A stretch of 64,000 nucleotides of DNA from Waddliaceae bacterium (GCA_963771045.1 CAVYRW010000004.1:1056001-1120000), one strand, 5' to 3'; positions 31,203 to 41,640 are shown, numbered from the stretch's first letter. Notes: generated by a model not told the origin, from the letters alone. Numbers and translations: made by a program.

Positions 31203-32264
31203 TCAGCTTCTCCTTTCAAGCAAAGGGGGATAACGATGAATTTTTCCGTTGTAATCTTCTACAACATACGATTCATGCTTATCGTCTGTTGAGAGTTCCT
31301 TCAAATAGTTGGGATTGATAGGAACCTTGCCAAAACCGCCCGGAAGATCCAATGCATAAGTTGGCTGGCAAAGGCCCGAAAGTCTGCCCCTTATTTTTTT
31401 TAGCAATTGCTGCCCTTCTTCAATAGTTGTCCTGAAATGAGACGTCCCCTTGGCATAGTCGCCATGGTGAAGGTAATAAGGTTTGATCCTGTTTTTGACG
31501 AGCGCCCTAAACAGGTTTTCCAGCTTAACGGGGTCATCATTGATTCCTTTGAGAAGGACGCTTTGGCTGAGCATAGGAATACCTGATTCTACTATCCTGG
31601 CGATTGCCTTTTTGGACTTGTCGATAAACTCTTTTGCATGGTTGGTGTGGAGTATAATATAAAGAGCTTTATCGGTTTTCAATGCTTCTAGCATCTCATC
31701 AGAGATGCGGTCAGAGTCGACTATCGGAACGCGGGTGTGTATTCTGATCACTTCCACATGATCAATTGACGATAAACGGGTGATGATTTGCTTGATCATG
31801 CTCGGAGGCATAAAGAGAGGGTCCCCGCCGGTAAGAATGACTTCCCAGATTTCCTCAGTGTTTTGAATATACTCGAAAGCGGCGTCCAGTTCCTTTCGGT
31901 TCAATCCCGATTTGGCAGATCCTACCTTTTCTCTCCTGAAACAGAAGCGGCAATAGACAGGACATACAGTCATAGGAAGAAAGAGGCAGCGGTCAGGATA
32001 CCTGTGCACAATCCCTTTGACGGGACTGCGTGCGTTATCCCCGATGGGATCGGCCAGTTCTTCTTGTTTTACAGATAACTCTTTGGCATTGGGGACAAAT
32101 TGAGCGGATATAGGATCATCGTCATTATTGATATCGATCAATCCTGCCATCTGATCAGTAATTGATAAGGAAAAGCGATCGACAACTTGCTTGAGTTCGC
32201 TGACTTTTTCTTCTGGAATAATTCCTAAGTCATGCAGCTCATCAACTTTCTTAATTTTACCCAT
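31203..32264 (-). CDS. KamA-family radical SAM protein (lysine 2,3-aminomutase-like)
   Basis: VHRYPDR, CxxxCxxC (CPVYCRFC), TGGDP, QSVLLKGIND, PYYLH, PLP-lysine motif PGGFGK. Confidence 0.93.
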   Translation of the reverse strand: MGKIKKVDELHDLGIIPEEKVSELKQVVDRFSLSITDQMAGLIDINNDDDPISAQFVPNAKELSVKQEELADPIGDNARSPVKGIVHRYPDRCLFLPMTVCPVYCRFCFRREKVGSAKSGLNRKELDAAFEYIQNTEEIWEVILTGGDPLFMPPSMIKQIITRLSSIDHVEVIRIHTRVPIVDSDRISDEMLEALKTDKALYIILHTNHAKEFIDKSKKAIARIVESGIPMLSQSVLLKGINDDPVKLENLFRALVKNRIKPYYLHHGDYAKGTSHFRTTIEEGQQLLKKIRGRLSGLCQPTYALDLPGGFGKVPINPNYLKELSTDDKHESYVVEDYNGKIHRYPPLLERRS

Positions 32265-32288
32265 AATTCTTCCCCCATTTTTTAATTG

Positions 32289-33593
32289 TCATTGGTGCAA
32301 TACCGCCCCTTCCATTTTTAGGAAACGTTTTTCGATATCAAAAGCCTCTTCCAAAAGGTTGGAAAAAATGATATATCGTATTTTATTGTCAAGATGAATG
32401 GTATTCGAATGAATAAGAACACCTGTTTTTGTTTCGGGATTGAACGCGATATTTTCATTTTCGATATATTCTAGAACACTCTCAAAGGTTATATCGCCGT
32501 TAGCAACCGCGGCATCCTGCACCCAGCAGGTATGCGGATAATAGTCAGGATCAACCAATCTTCTGGCTAGATAATCAATGAATGTTCCTGCAGTGCGCCT
32601 AAAATTGGACTCGGTCGCAAAAAACTGGCCTTGATCATCCAGGCAGCAGTCGACATCGCAAATTCCTCTAAATCCAAGACTGTGCAGATAATTGCCAAAT
32701 CTTAAGCCGACATCGGAAAGCCTATTCTGCTGGTTATGGTCAATTGTATTTGGCGGCGTGACCATACCGCTGTAAGCGGCGCCTGGACATCTTTGGTCGC
32801 AGATATATAAAATATGCGGCCCCTGCTCTGTTACCTCGATTTCAACACTTGGCAACGCGGTAAAATTAACGAACTGCTCAACGATAAAACGGAATGGCTG
32901 GCTTGAGTAGCATGACAAGTTCTTCTCGAGCAATGCAAGAACAGTCGTGTTTTTAATATCCTCCTTGCCGATGATGACATGGCCGTAGCCGTTTGAACTT
33001 CTGTCGAATTTAATGATCACTTTGTCTGAGGAACAAAGCAGTTTTTCAACATTGGCAGCAAGATCCTGCAGACCGGAACAGAAACATCCTTTGACAGTCG
33101 GAATGCCAAGTTTATGCATCAACTTGCGGAAACCGGATTTTGTGTTGATGTCATAAAAGGCTTCCATGAGTTCGCGGGAAGGAAATTCCTTGTATCCCCA
33201 AATCGGAGATCCAACTTCCCATGCCAATGAAAGCGTTGGACGGTCCGAAGCAAAGGGGAGTAGAGAGGCATCCCGGTGATGTTTGACATAATCTCCCATC
33301 TTCTCGAAGGTATCGTCCATGCGGACGCGGTGGGCGAGAAGATCGGTCAATTCCCCTTTAGGAGTCAAGGTTTTGACTTTATCGGGGTTGATTCCAATTG
33401 TTTTGGCCACATACTTTTTAAAAACAGGATCGATAGGCACAGGTGTCACGATAAGGTCGTTTTCGTTTGCAATCCACATCTTTCTCGGCGTGATAGCCGA
33501 CATCGCTTTGGCATAGCGCATTGTCGGTATCTCAATCATCAGCTCGTTAACGACGTTGGCAAATATTATCCACGGTTTTCGATTGGTATTCAT
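32289..33593 (-). CDS. preATP-grasp / PGM1-like ATP-grasp peptide ligase
   Basis: IIFANV, NTKSGFR, IIKFDRSSNGYG, IVEQFV, GFRGICDVD, ESNFR ATP-grasp motifs. Confidence 0.85.
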   Translation of the reverse strand: MNTNRKPWIIFANVVNELMIEIPTMRYAKAMSAITPRKMWIANENDLIVTPVPIDPVFKKYVAKTIGINPDKVKTLTPKGELTDLLAHRVRMDDTFEKMGDYVKHHRDASLLPFASDRPTLSLAWEVGSPIWGYKEFPSRELMEAFYDINTKSGFRKLMHKLGIPTVKGCFCSGLQDLAANVEKLLCSSDKVIIKFDRSSNGYGHVIIGKEDIKNTTVLALLEKNLSCYSSQPFRFIVEQFVNFTALPSVEIEVTEQGPHILYICDQRCPGAAYSGMVTPPNTIDHNQQNRLSDVGLRFGNYLHSLGFRGICDVDCCLDDQGQFFATESNFRRTAGTFIDYLARRLVDPDYYPHTCWVQDAAVANGDITFESVLEYIENENIAFNPETKTGVLIHSNTIHLDNKIRYIIFSNLLEEAFDIEKRFLKMEGAVLHQ

Positions 33594-33602
33594 GATTTTC
33601 TC

Positions 33603-34343
33603 CTACTTTTTAAATCCGCCGTAAACAGCATGCCCTGCGCTTGCCCAAAAGACTTCGATAGAAGCAAAGCCCGCCTCTTCCAGCCACTTGAGCTGGTCAT
33701 AAAGGCTCGATGGTTTGTCAATGGGATCATTTTCAGCATTCGGATCGGAATAGTAATTCCACTCGGTTCTTTTAAATGCCTCGTAAGCAGATTCGCTGCC
33801 GAAAATTTCCAGCGAACGTTTTTGAGTTTCCTCATCCCAGTTATCTGCGAAAATCTTTTTTGATTCCGGAGAGTTAGGGTACATGAGATCGGCGATAATC
33901 AATGCCCCTCCGGGTTCTAACTGGCCATAGAGATCTTTAAAGAGGGCCTTTTTCTGCGCCGCATCTAAATGATGGACCGCCAGTGAAGAAACAAAAGCAT
34001 GGACAGGCTGGGGGAATGTTCTCCACTCCATTTCGGCAAGGTCGAATTGTTTGACTTCGATCCTATCGGAATACTCTTTGTTTTTTCTTTTAGTTTCGTC
34101 TAGCATTTTTTGGCTTAGATCCATTCCCCATACTGTTGCCTTTGGAATGTTTTCTAAAAGCGCTTTGCAAGTATCTCCGGAGCCGCAGCAAAGCTCGACA
34201 ATAATGCCTTTTTTTTCCATTTTGGGAATGGCTTTTATGAGAATTTCAATTTGCCTTTCTTTTTGCGGAACAAAGCAATCGCCATATTTGATAAAGATTT
34301 CACTCTCATCTTCAGTCCATTTGTTTTCCGTTGTTTCGTTCAT
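33603..34343 (-). CDS. Class I SAM-dependent methyltransferase
   Basis: Motif I VELCCGSG, GMDLSQKML, SSLAVHHL, LEPGGALIIAD. GGAGGT RBS before the ATG at 34343. Confidence 0.93.
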   Translation of the reverse strand: MNETTENKWTEDESEIFIKYGDCFVPQKERQIEILIKAIPKMEKKGIIVELCCGSGDTCKALLENIPKATVWGMDLSQKMLDETKRKNKEYSDRIEVKQFDLAEMEWRTFPQPVHAFVSSLAVHHLDAAQKKALFKDLYGQLEPGGALIIADLMYPNSPESKKIFADNWDEETQKRSLEIFGSESAYEAFKRTEWNYYSDPNAENDPIDKPSSLYDQLKWLEEAGFASIEVFWASAGHAVYGGFKK

Positions 34344-34371
34344 GCTGACTACCTCCATTTTTTACATGACG

Positions 34372-34400
34372 ATCGTACTCGAATCGATAATTAATGTTAA
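34372..34400 (-). promoter_or_regulatory. Putative sigma70/sigma66 promoter of the hydrazine operon
   Basis: Minus strand TTAACA-N17-TACGAT, about 30 bp upstream of the methyltransferase start, preceded by an AT-rich tract. Confidence 0.45.
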
Positions 34401-34483
34401 AACAAAAAAAAGAATAAAATTTTGGAACGTATTGATTTATAATAATATTTAGAAAATTTCCGCTGCGTAAATTCTCATGTTAA

Positions 34484-34622
34484 ACCGGTGGTTGTAACCT
34501 AAAGGGTTATCTTACGATAAATTTTTCTTCCGTCATGTCTCAAGACATGCCTCTCGTCAAAATTTTCGAAATCCAACCTCCATCTGTAGCGCCCAGCTTC
34601 AGATTAGGCCGCAATCACGGGT
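34484..34622. mobile_element. MITE sharing ends with the IS982 element
   Basis: Imperfect TIRs ACCGGTGGTTGTAACCTAA / TTAGGCCGCAATCACGGGT and a 3-bp direct repeat TAA. The interior matches 8953-9070 in reverse complement. Confidence 0.85.
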
Positions 34623-34719
34623 TAAAGGTTGAATGTAAAACAGACAGCATGTATACCTTTATGATTTGTAAAAGCGATCTCATAGGAATAATGATAAACT
34701 TAAGCAACAGGGGAAAATC

Positions 34720-34917
34720 ATGAGCAAACGAAATTGTCCAAAATGCGAGTCGAAAGCGATCAAAAAAAATGGCTTTACAAGACACGGAAAACAAAATCAC
34801 CGCTGCCTTGATTGCGGGCGTCAATTTTCCTTGGAACCGAGCGATGAAGACTTTCAGGAATTTCTAAATCCGCAAATTCACGAGGAAACTTACATCAGCT
34901 GTAAAATCGTCGATTAA
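34720..34917 (+). pseudogene. IS1-type InsA zinc-ribbon fragment
   Basis: CPKC...KKNG...GKQNHRCLDCGRQF is homologous to the N-terminus of the IS1 transposase at 43709, then diverges. No TIRs seen. Confidence 0.7.
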
Positions 34918-37900
34918 TTATATGGCTGCATTTCCCAGGGAAAGGGTTGCGTTGTCGGTTTTGGAATTGGCTTTTGACCTAGCGTGCCGCCTAGAAGATC
35001 CATGAGTCCGCCGACAATCACCCCTTGAGGCCCTCCACGAAGCTGAGCGATAAACGCTGCAATCTTAGTCGAGGCTTTGTTTGAATTAATGCTCGGATCA
35101 GACAGGCTTCCCTTCATTGTCAATTGAAGATAATAATCTTTCGGAACGCCTTTCAACCCAAATGCCTGCCTCAGCGTCATTCCTCCAAGGCCGATCTTCA
35201 TATTGATATTATCATCGTAAAAATTCACCCTGCCCCAGGCAGCAACGGGATAGCGGCCAGCAACAAGCATGTCCACGCGGTTGATATCGGCCACGCCATT
35301 GTGATAGCTGAGATATAGGGGAGTGAACCATACGGAGATTAAATTCATGTCGGTCGAATACTTTAAAATGCTGAGGATCTGAGCAATTTGAAAGTCGTTT
35401 TTAAAGTACATCTTGCCTAAGTCGACTCTCATAGCGCCAACGGAAAATTGATAGGGGGCTTGAGACCACAACGGGTAGGAAAATCCATTTTGGTCAATGG
35501 TAACGCGTATCGGTTCTTCAGAACTATAGGCAGAATTCAAAAAGGGGAGCAGTTCATCCAGGATTGAATCCTGCAGTGTAGGCGTTATTGAAAACTCGGC
35601 GCTTAAAGGGGATTTGAGAGTCAGTATGCCCCGTGATAAGTAGCCGTCAAGCGACAATTTTCCGGTAGTTCCATTGATGGCTAATTGAATCGGTCCAGTC
35701 ATCTCCGACAAACTAACATTCAACTGGGCATTCACCCTGTGGCCGATTAGCGCTTTGACTTGATTAAGTACACTCTCATCCAGACATAAAAAGTTTGATA
35801 AAAGCAAAGCGGGAGCTTGGTGGGCTTCAGCCTGAACTTCCATAGAAGCTCCATGCCTGTTAAATGACCCGTCAGAATGAAAAATATCTTTAATGACAGA
35901 ACTAAAAGAAAATGGAGCTCTTCATTTTGCTCATTATAAATGCTGCCTCCGGCATCAAATTCAATCCCGATGGAATCAGATAAGTCGCTTGAGGCTGCGC
36001 GGGCGGCGACACCGTCAATGAATACCATGTCGTCTGTCATCGTGTCGAGGACATAAATACTTGCGGTATTCAGTTCGATAGCAATCGACGAATGGGAAGG
36101 GTTTATTAAAGGGATGACAAGATTCGAAATGTCTGCTTTTACCGAAGTTGATTGTTGAAGTTGCAGCTGATCGATAAGTCCGGTATTTTGACATAGTAAA
36201 TGTTTTCTGATTGCGGAAAATCTCTCAGGAGTCATTTCCCAATGTATAACAACAGGACGACTCGGGTCTTCGAGAGTCAACTGCTGGTCAGCCTTTAATG
36301 ATCCGGCAATGTCAAATTGATCCCCGTTGACCGAGAATATCACATGCCCTTCGCTGCCATCCAAATCGTCATAAACTTTGACAGCGGCATCAAGAGACGG
36401 GCCGATTAATCCATCAAGCTCGTCAATTTCTGTAAATGCGCTTATAACGACAACTGGAAATGCCGTTATCGCCGTTTCCGCATTCACTTTCCACTCTTCT
36501 ATATTACCGGTCCAGCCTGAGACCCGAACATGCCCTTCAAGCTTCCCTTTTTGTTCCATGTTTCGGTTGGCTGTGACGGCAGCAATGGTAAATGTTAACT
36601 CGTCATTTTTCGCATTTGCCGACCAGGGAATGAATATTTTTCTCAGAGATGCCATAGCATCCCCCTGATCTTCTCCTACCGATATTTCGTCGATCAAAAG
36701 CCGCCCTTTAGACGATATTTTGGACAATGAAAAATCGCGAACATCAAGTTTTACCTCATCGAGCAAAAGCTGCATTATGGCTGGAGAGCAGAGATGGTAA
36801 TCGTGCTGTTTTTGATCCTGAATCTCGGATAAAAGCTGAGGGGTTAGCATGTAGTTGATATATCCGGATAGGGCTAATTCGAAGGGGTTATCTGTTTTTC
36901 CACTGCCTGCCAGGTTTAAAACAAGCTGGCCATCTTCTGCGGCTAGGTCAAACTTCTCCACATGGGGGATAAAATCATCCGAGAGGTTGAGCTTAGAAGA
37001 CAATTTGAAGCGGAGTTCGTCTCCCAAAGATCTTGATAGGGGATTTTCCTGGTCAAATCGGTTGAGCCTTCCGATTAAAGAGAGCTGCAGGTGTTCTAAA
37101 GACAGGGCGTCAAGTGTTAATAAACCGTTCGTAAAATGGCATTGATTCACCCAGGGAAGATGAGAAAATTCGAGATCGCGAACCGAGATTGTGGATTGAA
37201 GGGCAATATCTTTAGGGGTGATTTTATCTGAAAGGTTTATGTTAAGGTGGTTGACTTGAATCGTTAAGGGAAGGGTTTTAGGCAGTATCTCGCTAAGGCC
37301 TGCATGGGGAGTATAATCAATGGCAATATTGATCGGCTCGACGAGTGCAATGTGAAAATCGTCCCACTCAAAAACGGCCTTCTGAATTTTTGCGGTGCTG
37401 GATGATAATTTCAATAAACCGTATTGTTCTTGATTTTCACGAACAAGGCGCAAAGACCCGTCAATATTGGAACCGAAAATTGATTTTGCCCATGTTTTGA
37501 ATCTTTTGTCTTGCGACAAGATAATTGAGAAGCGAGGCCCTAAGCCGTTTGCCTTCTAAAAGTAGATCATAATTCCTGTCTTCCGTTAGCGATAACCATC
37601 CTCGCACGGCTGCATCACTATCGCCGCCCTTATCGGTAATAATACCGGAGAGGTCAAAATCCAGTTTCTTAAGGTTGTCCGACAGCAAGACGATTCCTTC
37701 TGCATTTGTCAAGCTGACCCCGTTTTGCAAATCCATCCGAACAGGATTCAATTGGAATTTATAACCTTTTCCTGTCAGCAGGGAAATTTCCAGAGGGGTA
37801 TCGAAAGTCATGAAACCTTGCTTCTGCAATTTTTGTGCAAGGCTGTGCGGCATTGTATAAACGATCTTTCCTTCTTTGGAGAATACAGGCCCATTGTTTG

Positions 37901-38393
37901 TCATGCTGATATAGATATCGGCGTGTCCATTTTCCGACGAGGCGTCAATATGAATGATCTCATTATCCTGATCTACAGAAAGGTTAATGACTGGACCGGC
38001 AATTTCGGAGACGGTCAGAGATAAAGGAGTGAACGTCTCTTTGAATGTTTTTGCGGCCAAATGAGGCAGGGAAGCAGAGAGATTTTTCGTTTCAAATTTG
38101 TCTATCCACTCATTTGTGAACAAAAGACGGTAAATAGAGGAATTCACAGCAAGAGTGTCAAATTGAATATCGGATTCATCGCCGCCAGTCCAGTGAAAAC
38201 GGTTGGCTCGCTGAGGCCCAAACCAGCTGAGACGTACACGATCAACTTGAACCTTCCCTCCAAAAGTGTGCTCCAGATAAGGAATCAACAGATAATCCTT
38301 AGCCGGCCTTGTGGAAAGGATGAACGGTAGGGAGATGACAAATCCGATAAAAAATAAAACCGTATAGATGATTATTCGTAGACTTTTTGCCAT
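34914..38393 (-). pseudogene. Large chlamydial-type envelope protein (AsmA/TamB-like) split by two frameshifts into ORFs 38393-37461, 37519-35747 and 35843-34914
   Basis: N-terminal TM anchor plus LSWFGPQ, long beta-rich body, C-terminal WFTPL...RVDMLV...PFPWE. The three overlapping ORFs join into about 1160 codons. Confidence 0.7.
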
Positions 38394-38677
38394 AGATTTC
38401 TCCTAAACAGTAGCATAAGTATAATACCTTCAATACTTGAATGCAAAGAAAATAATTGATTGATTATCATATAGTTAAAGCTTGATATTAGCAAACCTTT
38501 ATTTTGGGTGCCAACTGTAAATTTTTAGTTTTCAAGTTCTTAAAATAATTTCCTTTTTAATAAAAATTATTTACACATAAGTTTAGATCGCGAAATAAAG
38601 CGCGGATCTCTCGTCACAGTTTCTTTAAGAAGCGGATCTTCACCGCTTCTTGCCAACCGACAAACAGGAGGTGGCAA

Positions 38678-41209
38678 ATGAACAAGATAAACACATTGAA
38701 CAATTCTAAAAATTTGTCTAGAAATCATCAATCTTTTTCGGGTAATCCGGACAAATTTACCGCAGTCATTCGTAGAATGAATGAAGGAGAACTTGCGGAA
38801 ACCAATTGCGTTTGGATGAGTGCAAAAGATATGCAGCGATATTTTCCGGAGCAAAACGAAGATAATGCTGCCTTTGCGAGAATTGCCAACCGCGTTTACC
38901 GCATTGCCGAAAAATCGTGGATAAAACCGGGTGAAATCGGATTGAATCCGGTTCAATTCGAAGAAGTGTCTGCCGTTATCAATAAAGATGATACTGTCCT
39001 TATAACACCCTATAGGCAGAACCCTGCCTGCCGCCGGGACTTAACGGAAGCAAAATTCATCATATCGCCGCAAAGTCTGGATGATACCGTATCAATTAGT
39101 CAAAACATCCTCGACTTGGGCGAGATTAAAAACTACTTTCATCAGCATTATGAGGGGCATTTTCTTAAAGAAGGACAGGTTCTTCACTGCAATTTTAACA
39201 ACCGAGAATTTTTCGCCACATTTCATTCAGGCGAGGCGCATCAAACTCCTGAAAACAAACTTTTTTTTAGTACAATTATACCAACGACTGAATTATTTTT
39301 TGAAACTGTTGAAACCTCTCCTTACATTTTAAGCGAAAAGACAAATACTATTGAACAGCCGACATTTAAATTCGATGTCTTGATAACGGGACTCGATAAT
39401 TATCCCGATACCACGCGCCCTCTTATCTATAATGTGGAAAAGTTTGAGGAGAAGGTTAGGCTTGCGTTGCAAAACGAGTGGCTTGTCCCCGGCATGTTTG
39501 TCGAATACTCCATTGCAGCAGGGGTTAATATCAAAGTTATTTTAAAAGAAACCCTATTGCCTAAAAAAAACGTCCAGCTTGCAAGAAAAGGAGCTGTCTA
39601 TACAAAAGCTTACCGCCTAACCCCGGAGGCCAAACTCGAATTTATTTCCGATAATGCAGATGTATGCGGCGTCAGAGGGGAGCCTCTTAAGCCGAAGCGG
39701 GTCACATTTCGAATCTGCATGATTGACTCTCTTCCCGGTTTAGATTCCATGCAGGAAGATATTAGCAATTGGATCAACGTATCCGAAGTGGGTCAAAAAA
39801 TCAGGGAATCGATAGACCTCTTTTCGGCAAACACGAAATTTTTTGTCGAACATGAGGGGTATCTTCTGAATTTGGAAATCTTTGCTATCGATAATGAAGA
39901 TCTCGTTAAGCACGATTCCGTCAATATGAAGCATTGGGAATTGTCTGATGATACGCGGATCTTTCTCAATTTAAAAAACGGCATCGACCTCAATCTCATT
40001 CCCGATACGAAAACACATTCGCTGAAAAAAATGACTGTGTATATTTCGACTAAAAAAACCCAGAAAAACATTGAACTTACCGAAGTGGATTTGGATGCCT
40101 TAAAGCAGGCAATTAAAGACTATCTTCCCATAGAGAGGTGCCTCAATCAGAAATTTACAGTTGATTTAGGGGGTGATCTTCTCCTCGACGTCAAGGTTAA
40201 AAATATGGCATTCAAAACAAGCAGATATAACGGAACGATTTATCCCCACCTTGGAAAAACAACATCCGACACTGAATTGGCTATTGAATACGATAACTAT
40301 CAAATCTGGATGAGCCACAAGCCGAATATCATAAGATTTAAAAACGGCGATGCCCGCCAAACTCTAGAAGAAGCCGGTTTGACAGGGCTGCCTGATGAAA
40401 TCGTCGAAGCTTTCGAACTCATTGCATACCCTTTGGGAGAATTAAGAGAATTAGCAAAAAAAATGAAAATCAAGTCACCCAATGGACTACTTCTCTATGG
40501 TGCTCCGGGAACGGGAAAAACCACATTTGCCAACGCTCTTGGAAAACTTCTGGATGTGACCAAGGACAATATCGTACAAGTCAAGCATGCCAACCTGCTT
40601 AGCAAGTGGGTCGGAGAGACTGAAAAAAATGTTAAAGCACTATTCGATAAAGCCCATAATAATAAAGATCAAAGGTTCATTGTCATCTTTGATGAGATCG
40701 AATCTCTTTGCGAAAAACGATCGAGAACGACAAGCTCCCCAAGAGCCAGCCTGGTAAACACTTTGCTTGAAGAAATGAGCTCTGCGCAGGATCTCGACAA
40801 TCTCATTGTTATCGGAACGACCAACCAGCTAGAGAGGATCGACGAGGCCTTCTTAAGACCGGGACGTTTTAGTGAAAAAATCGAATTTCCTCTGCCGGAT
40901 GCAGCGGGAAGGAAAAAAATCCTGGAATACTATATCAAGGACTTGCAAGAAGAAGAGGTCATCGAAGATGATATCGACCTTGACCGATTTGCGGCTGCCG
41001 CAAAAGACTTCTCGGGAGACCACTTAAAAGGGCTTGTTAAGAAAGCATCGAAATTGCGTCTGAGAAAGCTCGCTTCACTTAAACTCACAAAGGAGCAGGC
41101 CGAAAAACATCCTGATCGAAAGATCACAAACGCCGATTTTCTGGAGGCATTCGATAGCGTCAAGCCGCTAGTAGCAGGAAACGCTCCACCTGTCCACATG
41201 TATGTTTAA
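38678..41209 (+). CDS. NSF/Cdc48-like AAA+ ATPase with a single AAA module; paralogue of 16329-19595
   Basis: GAPGTGKT, SKWVGETE pore loop, VIFDEIE, DEAFLRPGR. The N-terminus (TNCVW..RIANRVY..W.K.G..GL) is shared with the paralogue; GGAGGT RBS. Confidence 0.87.
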   Translation: MNKINTLNNSKNLSRNHQSFSGNPDKFTAVIRRMNEGELAETNCVWMSAKDMQRYFPEQNEDNAAFARIANRVYRIAEKSWIKPGEIGLNPVQFEEVSAVINKDDTVLITPYRQNPACRRDLTEAKFIISPQSLDDTVSISQNILDLGEIKNYFHQHYEGHFLKEGQVLHCNFNNREFFATFHSGEAHQTPENKLFFSTIIPTTELFFETVETSPYILSEKTNTIEQPTFKFDVLITGLDNYPDTTRPLIYNVEKFEEKVRLALQNEWLVPGMFVEYSIAAGVNIKVILKETLLPKKNVQLARKGAVYTKAYRLTPEAKLEFISDNADVCGVRGEPLKPKRVTFRICMIDSLPGLDSMQEDISNWINVSEVGQKIRESIDLFSANTKFFVEHEGYLLNLEIFAIDNEDLVKHDSVNMKHWELSDDTRIFLNLKNGIDLNLIPDTKTHSLKKMTVYISTKKTQKNIELTEVDLDALKQAIKDYLPIERCLNQKFTVDLGGDLLLDVKVKNMAFKTSRYNGTIYPHLGKTTSDTELAIEYDNYQIWMSHKPNIIRFKNGDARQTLEEAGLTGLPDEIVEAFELIAYPLGELRELAKKMKIKSPNGLLLYGAPGTGKTTFANALGKLLDVTKDNIVQVKHANLLSKWVGETEKNVKALFDKAHNNKDQRFIVIFDEIESLCEKRSRTTSSPRASLVNTLLEEMSSAQDLDNLIVIGTTNQLERIDEAFLRPGRFSEKIEFPLPDAAGRKKILEYYIKDLQEEEVIEDDIDLDRFAAAAKDFSGDHLKGLVKKASKLRLRKLASLKLTKEQAEKHPDRKITNADFLEAFDSVKPLVAGNAPPVHMYV

Positions 41210-41217
41210 GAATCTTA

Positions 41218-41243
41218 AAGGCCGGAAGACAGCTTCCGGCCTT
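41218..41243. terminator. Probable bidirectional intrinsic terminator
   Basis: Perfect 11-bp stem AAGGCCGGAAG-ACAG-CTTCCGGCCTT between convergent genes. Confidence 0.75.
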
Positions 41244-41247
41244 CTCT

Positions 41248-41640
41248 TTACAGACCCCAAAAACCCATAATTGCCAGGTAGATTCCAAAGGCAAACATAA
41301 TAAAGCAAAGCAGATAGGCCGCTTTCTCATTTCTCTCCAGGAGCGAATGGCCAAGCTTGATAGCAGCCTGAGGAATCAGCACCCTGATCGCACCGACGAT
41401 TAGCATAATCCATCCAAAAATTGTAATGATTACCTGCCAGTTTGCTACCCAGATATTGTGGACCTCGATAACTAAAGCTCCTAAAACCAGAGAGATAAAA
41501 CCTGATATAAAAAGGATGACGGGCTGCTCTTCTATCGTGCGGACCGATTTTTGCAGCACCTTGAAATTGATTATGGCCCCTAAATACAGGATTGATAAAG
41601 TGATGCCCATCACGCGGGCTAAAAAAAATGAAATATCCAT
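41248..41640 (-). CDS. Small integral membrane protein (4 TM)
   Basis: Four hydrophobic segments and HNIW..W..IITIFGW motif. The ATG at 41640 follows GAGG. Confidence 0.8.
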   Translation of the reverse strand: MDISFFLARVMGITLSILYLGAIINFKVLQKSVRTIEEQPVILFISGFISLVLGALVIEVHNIWVANWQVIITIFGWIMLIVGAIRVLIPQAAIKLGHSLLERNEKAAYLLCFIMFAFGIYLAIMGFWGL

